Positions 60,938-64,000 of a DNA stretch of 64,000 nt are shown here, in pieces. The notes beneath the pieces were generated by a model. That model was not told the DNA's origin. It saw nothing but the letters and a program-made list of their open reading frames with translations, and did not search any database. The stretch is from Amoebophrya sp. A120 (taxonomy: Eukaryota; Protista; Dinoflagellata). Every line of letters begins with the position of its first letter. Within the stretch, counting starts at the first letter, position 1. The translations under genes were made by a program, and so were the position numbers. The stretch spans positions 8,832,411 through 8,896,410 of the forward strand of contig CAJINV010000004.1 in assembly GCA_905178155.1 (NCBI GenBank), written 5' to 3'.

Positions 60938-63900
60938 ATGACGGGAGACGAACGCGGGAGCGGGTCCCGCCAGAGGAAGAGAATGTGCGGGTTCTGCAAT
61001 GTTTTTACGACCCTGGTCGTTTCCCTCCACCTCCTCCTCGCCCCCACCTCACCAGTCTCTGCCCGGTCCTGCCCCGGTCGCACCTACACGGTGAACGACT
61101 ACATTGAGGCGGACTGTGTCACCTACGAGGGCCAACTCCGGTTCGAGGGGATCTGGGGCTTGAAGGAGATCAACATGCCGCGGCTAAAGCGCGTCCGCGG
61201 GGGGCTGTTCATCGAAGACAACCCGGATCTGGAGTCCATCTACATGCCACTTTTGGAGCGAGTGGACCACCGGTTGGAACGGTCCATCATCATCCGGAAC
61301 AACGGGCTGGGATACATATTGACCACGACGCCCCCGCCGCAAGTCTACAAGACGACCACCGCGGCGCCCAGTACCACTTCAACCACCAGTACGTCGACAA
61401 CGACGACGAGTCTGACGCTCTTCCCCATGTTCCGGTCCCTCGGGCAGGTGTTCGGCGGCAAAAACGCGGAGAAACATGCGAGGATGTTGAGCGAGGAACA
61501 GAAAACTTCACCAGCAAGAACCAGTACGGGAAGTGAAAGAGAGACAAGTGAACAACAAGCGGGGCATGCGCATGAAGATATTGATCCAACGCACTACCCA
61601 GATGAAAAGAACAATAAACCTGCAGACGGTGCTGGTCTTCAGCCTGGTCGTGAACAACAAGCTTCTTCCTCTCCTCGTGCTCTCACAACTACACAGATGG
61701 GTTTCACCACGGCGGAAAATCCGCTCGGGCAGTATACCTACAGCACCCGGCGGTGGATCACGCGGTCGAACCCGATCGCGAACAGCATGAATTTTCCCCG
61801 AGTCACGTACATCAGCAACAACATCGAGATCACGAACAACATGAAGCTCCAGTACTTGTTAATGGCGTATGGGAATTCCTTAAACCCGCTAGCAAACTAC
61901 TTCAACACGCCACGAACCGGTCCGCCGATCGACTGGCCGAGAGTCGGGGAGCGAGACGGAGACGGGAACTTGTTGACAACCGAAACGGCGGTTGTCGCCG
62001 GCCCCGGGCAAGTTCTGCTCGCGACGGCGGGGCCACCAACCCTTTCCGGTCCGAGTTTGGTGGTGTTTGAGTCGAATTCCGATGATGGGAGCACAACGTT
62101 ACCCCCGACAACGACCACGACCACCACCACAACGTTGGAGTTCGCTTTTATCGGGGTCACCGCGCAGGACCGGACGTCGATTATTTTGCACAGCAATCCC
62201 GATTTAGTCTTCATGAACATTGGCGGGAATGTCCGGGGGGAGGTGCATATTCGGGAAAACCCGGCGCTCCGCTCCATGTCGATGGACATGATGAACTCCA
62301 TCCGGATGACGGTGTTCATTCACGACAATCCGGTACTGAACGGCATCAATTTCCCGGCTTTGACCGAAGTTTTGTCGACCGGGCTGCACTATCAAATGCA
62401 AAAATGTCTGGGTCTGGAAACTTGTGATGCTGGGTGGCGTATCATGAGGAGGCCACAAGTGCTCGCTCAGCATGACAAGTTTCTGAGCTTCTAGATGTTG
62501 CCTATTCTGCATGACAAACTGCGTTTCTACATGACAGAAAAATGGCGCTCTTGGGTAACGTGCATGACAGATTTGAGAGTCATGCCAGACAAGCATGACA
62601 AACATGCACTCTTCCAGACCCAGACATTTTTACACTTGATATGCACTCTTTGGTCTTGCGGGATAACGGAATTGCCTGTACCTACTCCGGCTTCATGCGG
62701 TTCCCGTCGTTGCAACGGATTTCCGGGATGGTGACGATCACGGGGAACCGGTGGTTTGGGGTCATCGAATTCCCCTCCCTGGTCGAAACGGGGCCCGTCC
62801 CGTCGGACGGATACAGGCGGTTAGAGGATGGACATCAAAAAGCAGCGGTGGGGTCCGCAACTGAAACCATCAGTGAGCGGAGACAAGAACAGCACACGAC
62901 GCCACCCAAGAGCAAAAACAAATCTTCGACCTCCAAGGTTGTAACTACTACCCGTGGTAGCAAAAATGTTGACCGACATAACCATCCCAACTCCCTCGAC
63001 AATCGTCGTGGCGGGCAGAAGGTGCCGGATTTGCTTTCTCCACCGGATTGGCGGTCCGGTTTGATGTCAGAGGGGGAAAAGGAGCAGCGCAGACTGATGT
63101 TTTCCGAAAGAGAAGAGCTGGAGCTGGAAAAACACGCTGCACTAGAACGCGAAAAGTGGGACGCAGAAATTGAAATAGCGGAAAATAATGAGAAACAGTT
63201 ATTTGGTGGTCGTGTCAGGCAACTCACCACCGGCACGCCCTACACCACCGGGAAAGTGTCCGTCAATTCCGTCACTATCACGGATAACCAGCGGTTGTAC
63301 TACGTGAAATACTCCGGGATTCTCTACGGCAGCATGCAGGTCTCCGCCCAGTCGGACTTGGTGAACATCGATTCGCCGGATCTGCGCGAAATCCGGGGCA
63401 TGCTGTGGATCGAGAACAACGCGCAACTCGCGAGGGTTTCTCTAGCGAATTTGCAAACGCTCGGCGACACCTTCGACTACAGCTTGAAATTTGTCAGTAA
63501 CGGGCAAGGCGCGCAGGAGCGGACCGGGTTTTTTCAAGCACATGTTTTACGGTCGACAACCCGTGGGATTGTGTTCGCGGAGAACCAAAACTTTGCGAGA
63601 TTGCAATTTCCGCAAATGCAATCGACGGGGGAGACTTTGGGCTCATCCGTTTTCGTTCAGAACAACAAGGACCTTTCCCTATTGGATTTCAACGGCGAGA
63701 TGGAGGGCAACGTGGTGATTCATAACAACCCAGATGTCGAATCCATCCGGTTGGAGGGTCTTGCGAAGGTCAAGAACGACGGGAATCTGTACTTCACGGA
63801 CAACCAAGCGCTTCACACGGCGAATTTGGTGCAGTTAGTGGAATTGACCGGTGATTTAGTCCTGGGTCGGAACGGCTTGCTCGCCCGCGCGCACGGATCG

Positions 63901-64000
63901 GTCACCGCGCCGTTGTTGAAATTAGTCGGAGGAAGGATTCGGATAGAACAAAATTTCAATTTGGGCAATTTAGTTTTTCCGCAATTAGATTCCATCGGGC
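60938..64000 (+). CDS. Receptor L-domain (ECM33/SPS2-like) surface protein with Thr-rich linkers; runs off the window
   Basis: Repeats such as MPRLKRVRGGLFIEDNPDLESI, PDLREIRGMLWIENN and LVELTGDLVLGRN; signal-like segment; 1 element. Confidence 0.8.
62390..62641. mobile_element. Introner-like element, family A
   Basis: DR tgcac; near-copy of 23504. Confidence 0.92.

Noticed and set aside
5441-62641. Recurring short ORF peptides (CKNVWVWK, FQTQTFLHL, MSGSG) suggesting a protein family or a CRISPR-like array
   Set aside because: They are translations of family A TIRs. The repeats are inverted and dispersed in eukaryotic genes, with no spacer array and no cas genes
2599-62641. Reading the TA ends as a Tc1/mariner TA target duplication
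   Set aside because: Empty paralog sites lack the TA and a separate 5-nt duplication lies outside it, so the TA belongs to the element
1-64000. Autonomous transposase, rRNA or tRNA genes, or a dinoflagellate spliced-leader relic
   Set aside because: No DDE, RT or Rep motifs and no CCGTAGCCATTTTGGCTCAAG-like sequence were seen by eye; not searched computationally

Overview
This is eukaryotic, gene-dense DNA, most likely from a parasitic syndinian dinoflagellate of the Amoebophrya type. That assignment is an inference from the intron architecture. I reconstructed 16 protein-coding genes, all on the + strand. By hand I mapped 44 short (109-369 bp) MITE-like insertions, i.e. introner-like non-canonical introns, in about 8 families. 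Each starts with TA(T), ends with (A)TA or a one-base variant, has terminal inverted repeats (TIRs) and is flanked by a 5-nt direct repeat (DR). All 44 lie inside coding sequence, and removing the element plus one DR copy restores the reading frame in every case. Ordinary GT-AG introns coexist with them. The genes include an ankyrin protein, an HPR/OPR-like helical-repeat protein, a single-domain voltage-gated channel with EF-hands and an odd TRNHW filter, an EEEAKP-repeat protein, a CobW GTPase, three tandem secreted paralogs carrying 0, 1 and 7 elements, an FkbM methyltransferase, a RING protein, a pseudo-PLA2 (group XII), a PHO84-like transporter and an L-domain surface protein. The least-explained observations are these: a strand-symmetric GCATNACA motif shared by all element families and by canonical introns; a frame-neutral route from element to GT-AG intron when the DR is G...G; a hypervariable 4-nt window inside the TIR ends; and a 713-bp insertion with a 39-bp duplication that recreates a splice acceptor. 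Gene models are manual and have no transcript support.
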